This document shows, in pieces, positions 5,883 to 14,065 of a DNA stretch of 32,000 bases. Under the pieces are notes generated by a model. The model had not been told where the DNA came from and searched no databases. It saw nothing but the letters and a program-made list of their open reading frames with translations. Within the stretch, counting starts at the first letter, position 1; each line of letters begins with the position of its first letter. Source of the DNA: a virus; IMG/VR virus record IMGVR_UViG_3300022719_000152, positions 22,794-54,793 of that record; one strand, given 5' to 3'. Made by a program: the position numbers and the translations under genes.

Positions 5883-6716
5883 ATGAGAAAGAGAACTAGA
5901 TTCAAGAGAGCAACAGACAACATACGCACTGCTATGAACCGCGTGACTGACAGTACTGAAGGCGGTAAATATACGAATGCTGTCTGCAATGCTGCCTGCA
6001 CCGACAGAGTGCGTGGGCTCAACAACGCAATGATGTGGATGTTGGGAGCGGTCGAGGACCTCAACAGTAGAATAGGCGGCATCAGCTATTCAGAGAATGC
6101 TGGCGATGCACTCGCACAGCTACTCAATGGACTCAATGTAGTCCTAGGCAACTGCAACCTCAGTGAAGACTGCAAGAAGGAACTCACTACTCTAAAAGAG
6201 CGCCTCGAAATGACGGAGGAAGAACTCAAGTGGGCAACCAAACTCCACAAATACTCCCGCTCTCCTGCAGAGATACGAAAGAAAGCAGGTATTACACTGG
6301 AAGACTTCGGTAAGAAACTGTCACAGAAGTCTAACCCTGCAATCAAAGAGATGGCCATGCGAGTGGCTCAGATACAGCGCCTCGAATGGGGCAATGGTAA
6401 GGACCTAAAGCTTGAAGATGCTCCAGGCTTTGCGGCTAGCATCCTTTCAGAGTTTGGATTTGATGGACTCATAGAGATTAAAGAAGAGCCAAAGGTCACA
6501 GAGCAGCAACTTCGTTGGTTCAAGGATCTGAAAGACATGTGGCTCACCAAGGCAGAGGTAACTGGGGATATCTTCGCTGGCTTCGAATCAGTAGATGCGC
6601 ACGTCACCCCTGATGACCGCATACAAGTGCGCTTCGAGAAGCAGGACGGGAGCGCTAGCATCATTGCTTACCTCGACCTTGGACTTGTGAAGGTGCTCCA
6701 TGACGGAGGTAGCTGA
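5883..6716 (+). CDS. hypothetical protein (277 aa), possible internal XRE-like HTH
   Basis: Long ORF with the box upstream. The segment AEIRKKAGITLEDFGKKLS...QRLEWG resembles an HTH (weak). Confidence 0.75.
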   Translation: MRKRTRFKRATDNIRTAMNRVTDSTEGGKYTNAVCNAACTDRVRGLNNAMMWMLGAVEDLNSRIGGISYSENAGDALAQLLNGLNVVLGNCNLSEDCKKELTTLKERLEMTEEELKWATKLHKYSRSPAEIRKKAGITLEDFGKKLSQKSNPAIKEMAMRVAQIQRLEWGNGKDLKLEDAPGFAASILSEFGFDGLIEIKEEPKVTEQQLRWFKDLKDMWLTKAEVTGDIFAGFESVDAHVTPDDRIQVRFEKQDGSASIIAYLDLGLVKVLHDGGS

Positions 6717-6954
6717 GCCTATACCTATGCTATTGTGGTGCCCATTGTGTCATGCTCGACACGTAGATGAGCCTGACTCACCCAACCACAAGACGCATGC
6801 ATGTCAGAAGTGTGGGCTGCTATGGCGGCCCTGCCTTCTGCCTACTGTAGGAGTAGAGTTCCTACCTGGGTGTCTCAACAATAGCTATTCTACTATCCCA
6901 GGGACGCCTGATGGCAGTCCTCAAACCGGAGAACAATATGACGATAACATCTAG
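6700..6954 (+). CDS. zinc-ribbon protein (84 aa)
   Basis: CPLC...H..CQKC pattern. Short overlaps with both neighbours. Confidence 0.6.
   Translation: MTEVAEPIPMLLWCPLCHARHVDEPDSPNHKTHACQKCGLLWRPCLLPTVGVEFLPGCLNNSYSTIPGTPDGSPQTGEQYDDNI
6924..6933 (+). promoter_or_regulatory. AACCGGAGAA box
   Basis: Exact 10-mer, 4 nt upstream of the ATG at 6938. Read as T-G-E in the upstream ORF. Confidence 0.6.
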
Positions 6955-7705
6955 TGATCGCTTGGCTACGATCACGAGCAAGATAAAGAGCTTGGAATCT
7001 ATCAGGGACACCGACACCTTCCTGAGCCAATCAAGAGCTACTCTAGATTGCATCGTCGATGCCATCTCTGAGCTCAAAGGATTGGTAGAGCCACTGGTGG
7101 TTGAAAAAGAAGCCCCGCCTTCAGAAGTGAGGGTAACCGCGTTCGAAGAGACTGTGGTTCATATCCTTCAGTACGGAGCAACTCTCTGTGGTTATGGCAG
7201 AGGCACTGTTCCGGGAGATTGGGACACAGGCCACCTGTGGGTGGACAAGTTGGACTGTTCCAATGTGCCAATGACCCAGCGTTGTGAGCAGTGCTACAGC
7301 ATCTACAACCCCATCATTGATGAACTCATGGACACCATCTCCAATGAACTTTGTAACCAAACGGAGTGGAAGTTCTACGGTCTGGAGGTATTGAGCACCA
7401 GCAAGACGCCCAACGGCTTACGGTTGGAGCTGGGTCTCAAAGACAGTAAGGGCGAAGCCCTCAAGACTACGGGTGTTTACCTCGCAGCCCAAGAGGAAAA
7501 GATGCCTGACACTACCATCACCAGTAAACTGGTGAAAGCACTCAGTGAGATTGATAACAAGTTCTCTCACTACTACATCCTTGGACAAGCCACCTATGGC
7601 AAGTGCTACACCGTTGCCATGGCAATGGCTGAGATAGCTCAGAGAACCTTAGTAGACACTGGCTTCAGAAACTCTCTCAACGAGTACGCTGAAAAGGACA
7701 AGTAG
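6938..7705 (+). CDS. hypothetical protein (255 aa)
   Basis: The ATG at 6938 follows the box. ORF track frame is 6911..7705. Confidence 0.75.
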   Translation: MTITSSDRLATITSKIKSLESIRDTDTFLSQSRATLDCIVDAISELKGLVEPLVVEKEAPPSEVRVTAFEETVVHILQYGATLCGYGRGTVPGDWDTGHLWVDKLDCSNVPMTQRCEQCYSIYNPIIDELMDTISNELCNQTEWKFYGLEVLSTSKTPNGLRLELGLKDSKGEALKTTGVYLAAQEEKMPDTTITSKLVKALSEIDNKFSHYYILGQATYGKCYTVAMAMAEIAQRTLVDTGFRNSLNEYAEKDK

Positions 7706-7707
7706 CC

Positions 7708-7881
7708 GTGACTGAAGGAGAGTTGCCCTTTCCATGTGAGGGATGCACTGAAGACCTCAATCCTAGTGAGTCTCATCAATGCACCAATTGCATGGGAGAG
7801 TTCTGTGACATCTGCTGGGCAAATGGCGGTGACCTCTGTGCAGACTGCGAAGAAGAGCTCAGAGATGACGAAGAAGGTTGA
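7708..7881 (+). CDS. small zinc-finger protein (57 aa, GVG... GTG start)
   Basis: Below the ORF-track size cutoff and translated by hand: VTEGELPFPCEGC...HQCTNC...FCDIC...LCADCEEE. It has five CxxC pairs. Confidence 0.5.
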   Translation: MTEGELPFPCEGCTEDLNPSESHQCTNCMGEFCDICWANGGDLCADCEEELRDDEEG

Positions 7882-8113
7882 ACTAACTGAAGACACAGTC
7901 TGCATATGCTGTGCCTATGACCTCCGCTCAGTATTGAGCGGGATTTTAGACATGTGCCCTAGAAGGTACATGTCCAACCACACAGATGAGATGCGAATGG
8001 AAGTAGCTGCCGTCCTCATCGAAGGAGGATGGGAGGAAGACCAAGCGTATGATCGTGAGGTCCACATGAAAGCAATTCAACAAGCAAAGGAGAATCTCAA
8101 TGCCGAGCGTTGA
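7865..8113 (+). CDS. hypothetical protein (82 aa)
   Basis: ATG at 7865 (MTKKVELTED...) in the 7736..8113 frame. The part upstream of this ATG does not look protein-like. Confidence 0.6.
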   Translation: MTKKVELTEDTVCICCAYDLRSVLSGILDMCPRRYMSNHTDEMRMEVAAVLIEGGWEEDQAYDREVHMKAIQQAKENLNAER

Positions 8114-8336
8114 CCTACAAAGCCTAGTGGAAGAACGGGGGAAAGGGATGGACCCGCTCCACAAGGAAATCTGTGACAAGGCCGACAAGCACTCATATGG
8201 CTGCTCTTGTGACATTTGCCTCCGGTGGTGGGCTCTCATGGGTCCAGACGGTGGGGAGCCAGGAAACTACGGACCATTCATTCAAGCCCAAGTCAACGAG
8301 ATGCAACGTAGCATGGGCTTGATGGTGACCGAGTAA
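8100..8336 (+). CDS. Cys-rich protein (78 aa)
   Basis: GGAGAA lies 6 nt upstream. Motifs CSCDICLRWW...GPD...GPF are present. Confidence 0.6.
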   Translation: MPSVDLQSLVEERGKGMDPLHKEICDKADKHSYGCSCDICLRWWALMGPDGGEPGNYGPFIQAQVNEMQRSMGLMVTE

Positions 8337-8749
8337 TGCTGAAAGCACTAGCACATGACAATAGTGGAAGACCTGTAGCAGTTTTGGGTCTAAGCAAGAT
8401 GAACATCGCAAAGCTCAAGCAAGGGCTCCCCATTCACTTTGACATGCAAGAGAGCTTGGGTGTTGATTTGAAATGCATCATCTTCTTCGGCAAGACTGAA
8501 GACGACATGCAGAAGATGTTCACAAAAGGCATGATGCGGGGAGAGATCTCCATAGGCAAGATCAAGAGAGACAAACCTCTCAGCCTGCGTGAAGAGCTAA
8601 TTGAAGCAACAGAAGGGTTGCTTGAGACGGTTGGGGATTTGCATGACAAGAGGAATGTCTCAGGAGGCACTTATCAGAGTGAAGAGCTTGATAGCGCCAT
8701 CACGCGGACTAGGAAGGCTCTCAAAGATATGAAACCGGAGGGATCATGA
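8336..8749 (+). CDS. hypothetical protein (137 aa)
   Basis: TAATG stop/start overlap. Confidence 0.7.
   Translation: MLKALAHDNSGRPVAVLGLSKMNIAKLKQGLPIHFDMQESLGVDLKCIIFFGKTEDDMQKMFTKGMMRGEISIGKIKRDKPLSLREELIEATEGLLETVGDLHDKRNVSGGTYQSEELDSAITRTRKALKDMKPEGS
8733..8742 (+). promoter_or_regulatory. AACCGGAGGG box variant
   Basis: Differs from the box at its last two positions (GG for AA). 3 nt upstream of the ATG at 8746. Confidence 0.45.
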
Positions 8750-8949
8750 GCTTTTGGGTACTCAAGCAGCGGAAGAAGAGATCTTACTTCAGAGAGTGGA
8801 CTGGCATTGGTCCGCGCTTCACCGATAAACTCTCACTAGCTATGCGGTTTGACACTGAAGAAGAAGCCATCCAGCACCCAACTTGGTCCTTCCCTCTAAC
8901 ATTCGTTGAAGCAAGGTGTATCGACCGCAAGCTGAAACGAAAAGAGTAA
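8746..8949 (+). CDS. hypothetical protein (67 aa)
   Basis: ATGA overlap. Box variant upstream. Confidence 0.65.
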   Translation: MSFWVLKQRKKRSYFREWTGIGPRFTDKLSLAMRFDTEEEAIQHPTWSFPLTFVEARCIDRKLKRKE

Positions 8950-9197
8950 TGTGTTTTGCTGGGATGGACAGGGGTATATTCATGAAGGTGAAAAGACACC
9001 GATGGCGAGATAAAGACGGCTACTGCGCACACTGTGCACAACGTAGGGTCAAGGAAGGTGAGATCTGGGTCTACTACTCAGGACTTGGAGCCAATCTCGG
9101 CTCTAAGCCACCAGAGTGTGTAGAGCGCACAGTAGTCAAGAAAAGCTTTGCGGCCAAAGAAGAACCCCGCATGGTATCCCAACTACCTGGTAAATGA
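8949..9197 (+). CDS. hypothetical protein with CxxC (82 aa; start uncertain)
   Basis: TAATG overlap at 8949. An alternative ATG is at 8982. Confidence 0.55.
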   Translation: MCFAGMDRGIFMKVKRHRWRDKDGYCAHCAQRRVKEGEIWVYYSGLGANLGSKPPECVERTVVKKSFAAKEEPRMVSQLPGK

Positions 9198-9504
9198 TGA
9201 AGGTCCACCACGGTGGATCTTTCTCAATGAAGTGAGCCCACAATCTGTGAGCTCCAGTGAGTCCAAGGCCAACGGCTACAAGAGCAGCTATTGATGCCCA
9301 GGGCCCACCCAGTGCCCATGGAAGTCCTGGTCCGCCGAAGTGGCCAGCCAACACGCCCCACATGTAGGGCATGAAGGCCACTCGGCGCCACCAGGTCTTC
9401 TGGCGCTCGCTGTACGTCTTCTTTTTACGCAGCAAGAGGACAGTGTCAGTAACTGCGATGACTGCCAGGATCGCAAGTGTGTACCAGTCTGTAGGATTCA
9501 TCAC
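9136..9504 (-). CDS. integral membrane protein (about 121 aa, 3-4 predicted TM helices)
   Basis: Strongly hydrophobic segments. The only convincing coding frame across 9198-9593. Antisense to the surrounding plus-strand block. Confidence 0.55.
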   Translation of the reverse strand: MMNPTDWYTLAILAVIAVTDTVLLLRKKKTYSERQKTWWRRVAFMPYMWGVLAGHFGGPGLPWALGGPWASIAALVAVGLGLTGAHRLWAHFIEKDPPWWTFIIYQVVGIPCGVLLWPQSFS

Positions 9505-9593
9505 CCCGTCACTATACGCCTACGAATGCAGAGAGAAAAGAGAGTTCTCAGAGTGGGATAAGTACTTTGAGGCAACTAACTTAGGAGTGATGA

Positions 9594-9830
9594 ATGCCCC
9601 GCATCAACTATCAATTCATCCTGGAGGCAGAATATGCCTTCTGGAACTCGTTGAGAGCTCACTACCCTGAACTCTCAAAACAAGAAGCTGAGATAGCCCC
9701 AATGGGTTTTGCCATCCCGTCCACAAAGCTGAGAGCGGTGATGCTAGAGACAGCCCAAGCGTGGCTAGACAAGTTCCCCAATAACAACACAACCGGAGAA
9801 TCCCATGAAATGGTTAACCTACAGAAATGA
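9594..9830 (+). CDS. hypothetical protein (78 aa)
   Basis: AGGAG lies 7 nt upstream of the ATG. Confidence 0.6.
   Translation: MPRINYQFILEAEYAFWNSLRAHYPELSKQEAEIAPMGFAIPSTKLRAVMLETAQAWLDKFPNNNTTGESHEMVNLQK
9791..9800 (+). promoter_or_regulatory. AACCGGAGAA box
   Basis: Exact 10-mer, 4 nt upstream of the ATG at 9805. Read as T-G-E in the upstream ORF. Confidence 0.6.
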
Positions 9831-10128
9831 CAACGCCAAGCAGCGTCTTCGAGAAGCTGCTGTGCACGCAAGAGACCTTGGACTCAAGAAGAGCTTGACC
9901 TCTTGCTTTCAAACCATCAGAAACATCTGCCGCAACTACGGTGGAGAGTGTGAGCTACTCACCGACTTCGCTCCACTGAGCTTTAGTTGGGCCATCTACA
10001 AGGGAGATCGCTGCATGCTAACCGGTGGCATGATTTTTCATGGACCACACGATGGCTTTGGCAGTGGTAGCGCACCTACTTTCTCGGTGAGCCTCAGCCC
10101 AGAGCATGGATGGCAACTACACACATGA
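9805..10128 (+). CDS. hypothetical protein (107 aa)
   Basis: ORF track. Box upstream. Confidence 0.7.
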   Translation: MKWLTYRNDNAKQRLREAAVHARDLGLKKSLTSCFQTIRNICRNYGGECELLTDFAPLSFSWAIYKGDRCMLTGGMIFHGPHDGFGSGSAPTFSVSLSPEHGWQLHT

Positions 10129-10310
10129 ACACTACAAAACTATCTCGTGAGGTCGGCGAAGTGCTCATGCTACCTCACACTGAAGAGACCAAGTTCAAAT
10201 CCATGGAGCTCTGCCAACGCATCATGGAGGAGCACGACAAAACAAGAGACACCACTATGCAAATCACCCTGCGTCGGTGGGTAGGTAAGCTGCAGGAGTG
10301 GTATCAATGA
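10110..10310 (+). CDS. hypothetical protein (66 aa)
   Basis: ORF track. Short overlaps with both neighbours. Confidence 0.6.
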   Translation: MATTHMNTTKLSREVGEVLMLPHTEETKFKSMELCQRIMEEHDKTRDTTMQITLRRWVGKLQEWYQ

Positions 10311-10750
10311 GGGCATATAGTAACGTAAACCCGTGCTCCTATTGCCCTTGGCGCAAAGAGAACCAAGGTAAGAGGACTCCCGGAGGCTGGTACACCAAGA
10401 AGAACCTGCAACGCCTTTGGGCTGGATTAAGGAGGGGTGAGAGGATGAGCTGCCACCCCACCGACCCCCGCATGAACCATGAAGAGCATGTTTGTCCGAA
10501 GGGCTACAAGCCTGCTCAAGATGGTAACACTCCTAAAGAGTGCATGGGGGGTCTGATCCTCCAACAGCGCGAGGTCACCCTCGCGCAAGAGCTGGAGAAC
10601 CCAAACAGCTACTTCAAAGAGCGTCCACAAGGGATGACTCGACGAGGTATTGGTCGTTTCATTGAGCGCGCCGTCTTCGGTGATGCAATTGGACCCATGC
10701 CTAGACCGAACATAGCCGATAAGTCCATCTACTACGAGCCTCTCAAATAA
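10307..10750 (+). CDS. Cys-rich protein, DUF6283-like paralog (147 aa)
   Basis: ATGA overlap at 10307. Motifs CSYCPWRKEN, MSCHPTD and ECMGG parallel 5296..5628. Confidence 0.65.
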   Translation: MRAYSNVNPCSYCPWRKENQGKRTPGGWYTKKNLQRLWAGLRRGERMSCHPTDPRMNHEEHVCPKGYKPAQDGNTPKECMGGLILQQREVTLAQELENPNSYFKERPQGMTRRGIGRFIERAVFGDAIGPMPRPNIADKSIYYEPLK

Positions 10751-10932
10751 TGCTCTGTGAGCAGTGCAAGAAAGTGGAGGGAGAGCACCTAGCTAGGGAC
10801 GGTGACTTCCTTTGCAAGAAGTGTAGCCGAAAGCCTAAGTGCGACGGCTGCAGGAAAAGAGTCAACCGCGTGACCCTCTCTCCAAGCGGGAGTGGTGCCT
10901 ATTGCGGACCATGCTTCAGGAGGAGACATTGA
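10750..10932 (+). CDS. zinc-finger protein (60 aa)
   Basis: TAATG overlap. CEQC, CKKC, CDGC and CGPC motifs. Confidence 0.6.
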   Translation: MLCEQCKKVEGEHLARDGDFLCKKCSRKPKCDGCRKRVNRVTLSPSGSGAYCGPCFRRRH

Positions 10933-11132
10933 ATCGTTGTGGAAAGTGCGACAACTGTATTGAGTTGGAGAGAATCAGGAAGAGAGTGTTGGGTTGTATC
11001 AACCCTCCCTTCTCTCACGCAGACAATGGGGTTGTGACGTTGTGGAACAAGGAACTTGAGAGACTCCCTTGCTGGAGAGAAATTCATAAACGTAAGAAGC
11101 AAGAGAAGAGTAAAGAAACGGAGAGGATTTAA
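10911..11132 (+). CDS. Cys-rich protein (73 aa)
   Basis: ATG at 10911 (MLQEETLNRCGKCDNC...) in the 10839..11132 frame. Confidence 0.55.
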   Translation: MLQEETLNRCGKCDNCIELERIRKRVLGCINPPFSHADNGVVTLWNKELERLPCWREIHKRKKQEKSKETERI

Positions 11133-11488
11133 TGGTTGAAACTATAACACGAGAAGAATGGATGAAGAGCTACAAGGACGGAACTCTGCAGGAGATAGGG
11201 CTCCACAGCAAGTGTGAGGATTGTGAAACAGAGCTCAATGCTTACGGCTTCTGCCCAAAGTGTGACCACAAAGAGGAAGAAGGTGCAGAGCCTGAGAGAT
11301 TTTCGAAGGCCATCAACGAAGGCCTTGCTGCCTTTTGGGAAGTTCTCAATGACAAGGGCTACTTCTCTCCGAAGCCTGGGATGGTTCAGCTCAGTGATCA
11401 CACATACAAGGGTAAGGGTAAATACAAAGACTTATTCTACTTCCAATTCACCGTTGGGATGAAAGGCCCCACGGGAGCAATACTATGA
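11132..11488 (+). CDS. zinc-ribbon protein (118 aa)
   Basis: TAATG overlap. CEDC...CPKC motifs. Confidence 0.65.
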   Translation: MVETITREEWMKSYKDGTLQEIGLHSKCEDCETELNAYGFCPKCDHKEEEGAEPERFSKAINEGLAAFWEVLNDKGYFSPKPGMVQLSDHTYKGKGKYKDLFYFQFTVGMKGPTGAIL

Positions 11489-11670
11489 ATCAACAGACCA
11501 ACTACAAAGAACGAGCCGAGAGAGTTGCGCCTGCTCTCATCGGCTTGGGAATGGCAGAGGCGCAGTACTCTCTACAGGAGAGTATGAGCGATGTGCTCAC
11601 AGAGACAGTATGGAGGAAGCCGCCGAATGTATCACCACCTGTGTTCCTGGATGAGCTCCATGGAGTTTGA
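11485..11670 (+). CDS. hypothetical protein (61 aa)
   Basis: ATGA overlap. Confidence 0.55.
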   Translation: MNQQTNYKERAERVAPALIGLGMAEAQYSLQESMSDVLTETVWRKPPNVSPPVFLDELHGV

Positions 11671-12061
11671 GATCAAAGAAGGGATGGAGTTCGACACCAT
11701 CTGGTTCTGCAGAGGCAAAGGCAGCATAGGAGCCTACGACGTTCTTGGATTCCTCATGAGGCCAGATAGGAAGTCTCAGTGGAAAATCGTCTACCGCTTC
11801 AAGTACTACAGCAGGAACGGGGGCGAGAAATCAGCGAAGTGGAACGAGATAACTACTAAGGACCTCAACGTAGACCCTGAAGACCTTGTCTTCATCATGA
11901 GGAAGGTCTGGGACAAGTATCTGAGCCACTACGGCTCTGAGCTAGAAGCTGACGGCCTCCATACCCTAAACTGTAGAGGCAAAACAGCCTCTGAAGTATC
12001 GGAGCTTCTCTCACAGCAGGACTGGACCAAGGTCAAGAAGCAAAAAGTGCTGTTGTCATGA
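11660..12061 (+). CDS. hypothetical protein (133 aa; start 11651 or 11660)
   Basis: Internal ATG (MEFEIKEG...) in the 11591..12061 frame. Overlaps the upstream stop. Confidence 0.6.
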   Translation: MEFEIKEGMEFDTIWFCRGKGSIGAYDVLGFLMRPDRKSQWKIVYRFKYYSRNGGEKSAKWNEITTKDLNVDPEDLVFIMRKVWDKYLSHYGSELEADGLHTLNCRGKTASEVSELLSQQDWTKVKKQKVLLS

Positions 12062-12330
12062 GTGCCGTGGACAAGTTCCTCAAAGTTTTGAGGAGCAATT
12101 TCCAGATAGACATGGAGAACGCAACCGGCATAGAGGTTATCATTGACAATGAGCACTTGTGGGTGACCGTCAACAAGCTGTCATCCACAGGGGAGGGCTG
12201 TACAGGATCTTCAGCACGATGGTGCCCCATTCATGGGGACTGTGTATGCAAGTACGATGAAGAAGGTGCGGATTGGGAAACCAACCCACAGTGCCCTCTA
12301 CACGGGGACTCTTCTAGTCACGCTTCTTGA
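12058..12330 (+). CDS. Cys-rich protein (90 aa)
   Basis: ATGA overlap. WCPIHGDCVC...CPLHGD motifs. Confidence 0.6.
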   Translation: MSAVDKFLKVLRSNFQIDMENATGIEVIIDNEHLWVTVNKLSSTGEGCTGSSARWCPIHGDCVCKYDEEGADWETNPQCPLHGDSSSHAS

Positions 12331-12556
12331 GCCATTCCTTCAGCACTGAAGGCTTTTCAACAGCGAGTTCCATGTAGTTGTCGGGCTCGCACGGTCCAAA
12401 GACCGCAACAATGATGCCGGCGGGACACCCCTTGCCGTCACTATTTTCTCTGTAGACAGGAGAACCAGGTTTGTACCCCTCGGGGAACGTAAACGTGGTT
12501 GTGTCTACAGTGATGCTACCCTTGTCTAGCTTCTTTTTGACGGTGCCAAGTCTCAT
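12314..12556 (-). CDS. hypothetical protein (80 aa), antisense to the block
   Basis: The C-terminal 80 aa of the 12314..12679 ORF look protein-like (MRLGTVKKKLDKGSITVDTTTFTFPEGYKPG...). No plus-strand frame explains 12331-12581. No clear SD. Confidence 0.45.
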   Translation of the reverse strand: MRLGTVKKKLDKGSITVDTTTFTFPEGYKPGSPVYRENSDGKGCPAGIIVAVFGPCEPDNYMELAVEKPSVLKEWLKKRD

Positions 12557-12581
12557 GAGAAGCACCATACAGGAGTGGAAC

Positions 12582-12791
12582 ATGACCACACAAACAAGAC
12601 AGAACTCCACCAACATCGATTGGGGAGAATACGATAATGATGGGTGGTGTCCAGGATGTGATTTCTGCCGAGACTGCAAATGCGCACATCATATCTCCAC
12701 CTACCACAACTGCAACGACGAGCTGGAAGGGCTCTATCGGCTCGTGTCCAAAGGGACTTACCTCACACTTAAACCAGTAACCGGAGAATGA
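12582..12791 (+). CDS. Cys-rich protein (69 aa)
   Basis: The ATG at 12582 follows AGGAGTGGA. CPGCDFCRDCKCAHH motif. Confidence 0.6.
   Translation: MTTQTRQNSTNIDWGEYDNDGWCPGCDFCRDCKCAHHISTYHNCNDELEGLYRLVSKGTYLTLKPVTGE
12779..12788 (+). promoter_or_regulatory. AACCGGAGAA box
   Basis: Exact 10-mer, 4 nt upstream of the ATG at 12793. Read as T-G-E at the end of the upstream ORF. Confidence 0.6.
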
Positions 12792-12792
12792 C

Positions 12793-13467
12793 ATGACCAA
12801 GACTGTAGAGGAAGCACACAAGTACTTGATTGAGAACATCAAAGAGGCAAGTACATACCTCGATGAAGACAGAATCGACGATGCAGTAGACAGTCTTCAT
12901 CAGGGGTTGGCGAGAGTGAAGGACATCCTTGAGCTCTCCAACATAGTTCCGACCAAAGCAGACGGGCCCCCTCTCATAGACGAGCCCCCTCTCATAGGAG
13001 ATTACTGTCTATTGAATACTTGCACAGTAGACATCTCCAGTGACCGCAGGGCTGCTGTATTGTTTGAACTCACGAAGGACAACGGATGGGTCATGATAGA
13101 AGTGCTGATGATCCCAAGTCACACCAAAGTGGGAGATGCCGTAGATATAGTAGAAACAGCAATAGCGTCAGAAGATGTCGTGCGCACCATAAGAGACCTA
13201 CCCGGTGAGCTCAAGCTGGAGAGTAAGCTGCCAGAGGTTATTGCTGCTACCGACTACGCTAAGCACGAGCGGAGGGTATTGGCTTTGATGGTCAAGCAAG
13301 GGGAAGAGTTCCAGAAGCTCAAGCAATCCTACAATCATTATTGGAGAGACTACCTGGCGGGCGCGGTACGAGAAGGTACATCACGAAGCGAGGCTCTAAT
13401 AGGGCTAAGCCATTTCTTGAAGAAACTGGAAGATATGTTCGAAGAGTTCAAGTGGTTTGGCCAATGA
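12793..13467 (+). CDS. hypothetical protein (224 aa)
   Basis: ORF track. Box upstream. Contains an in-frame 18-nt duplication (PPLIDE/PPLIGD). Confidence 0.75.
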   Translation: MTKTVEEAHKYLIENIKEASTYLDEDRIDDAVDSLHQGLARVKDILELSNIVPTKADGPPLIDEPPLIGDYCLLNTCTVDISSDRRAAVLFELTKDNGWVMIEVLMIPSHTKVGDAVDIVETAIASEDVVRTIRDLPGELKLESKLPEVIAATDYAKHERRVLALMVKQGEEFQKLKQSYNHYWRDYLAGAVREGTSRSEALIGLSHFLKKLEDMFEEFKWFGQ

Positions 13468-13856
13468 CAACTCTTCAATACGTTGACTACCAAGGGACGG
13501 GTGAACCCGGTCCTTACGAGCGTGATGCTGAGTATCCGTACATGAGCTCCTACGGGGAACCATGTTGGAACCGCAACGACAGGTCATTTCACTCGGTGAA
13601 GTTCCACCTCATCTACCAGTGCCCAGGCTGTGAGATGTGGAGACCTTGGTGTGATGGCGGCACAGACACAGAACTGTGCGACTGGTGCTGGGCAGGACAA
13701 CCTCAAGGTGGCGGCCACGGATGTAGCCACTGCGGACAAGGACAAGACACATGGAAGAACCACTTTCCAACATTAAAACGGTTTGCGAAACACATGCACC
13801 TCAACCTATGGAGGCTGAAGAGTTACCTGCGGAACTTGGTGTCGGGTGGTTCGTGA
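13464..13856 (+). CDS. Cys-rich protein (130 aa)
   Basis: ATGA overlap at 13464. CPGC..WCDGG..CDWC..CSHC motifs. Confidence 0.6.
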   Translation: MTTLQYVDYQGTGEPGPYERDAEYPYMSSYGEPCWNRNDRSFHSVKFHLIYQCPGCEMWRPWCDGGTDTELCDWCWAGQPQGGGHGCSHCGQGQDTWKNHFPTLKRFAKHMHLNLWRLKSYLRNLVSGGS

Positions 13857-14062
13857 AGGTCAGCGTCGATGTTCCAGAGCATTGCCGTGACGAGAGAGGC
13901 TACCCAGTCAAAGAGCACGTCTGGTTCAAGATTACTAAGCTGGACCAGGACTACTGTGAGGGTGAGCTCAACAATGATCCAATAGCTCTAGAGATGGAGA
14001 ATGGGGATACAGTGAGCTTCAACCTCTGTGAGATTGAAGAGGCGCTACCGCCTAGGTCCTAA
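13751..14062 (+). CDS. hypothetical protein, DUF2314-like C-terminus (start 13751 or 13808)
   Basis: The pattern HVWFKITKLD...GELNNDP...GDTVSF is reminiscent of DUF2314 (from memory). Overlaps the upstream ORF. Confidence 0.55.
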   Translation: MEEPLSNIKTVCETHAPQPMEAEELPAELGVGWFVKVSVDVPEHCRDERGYPVKEHVWFKITKLDQDYCEGELNNDPIALEMENGDTVSFNLCEIEEALPPRS

Positions 14063-14065
14063 GCC

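Noticed and set aside
12966-12997. 14-nt direct repeat GCCCCCTCTCATAG x2 with an 18-nt period
   Set aside because: It is an in-frame duplication inside a CDS (PPLIDE/PPLIGD). Replication-slippage duplication is the likely cause, not a regulatory element.
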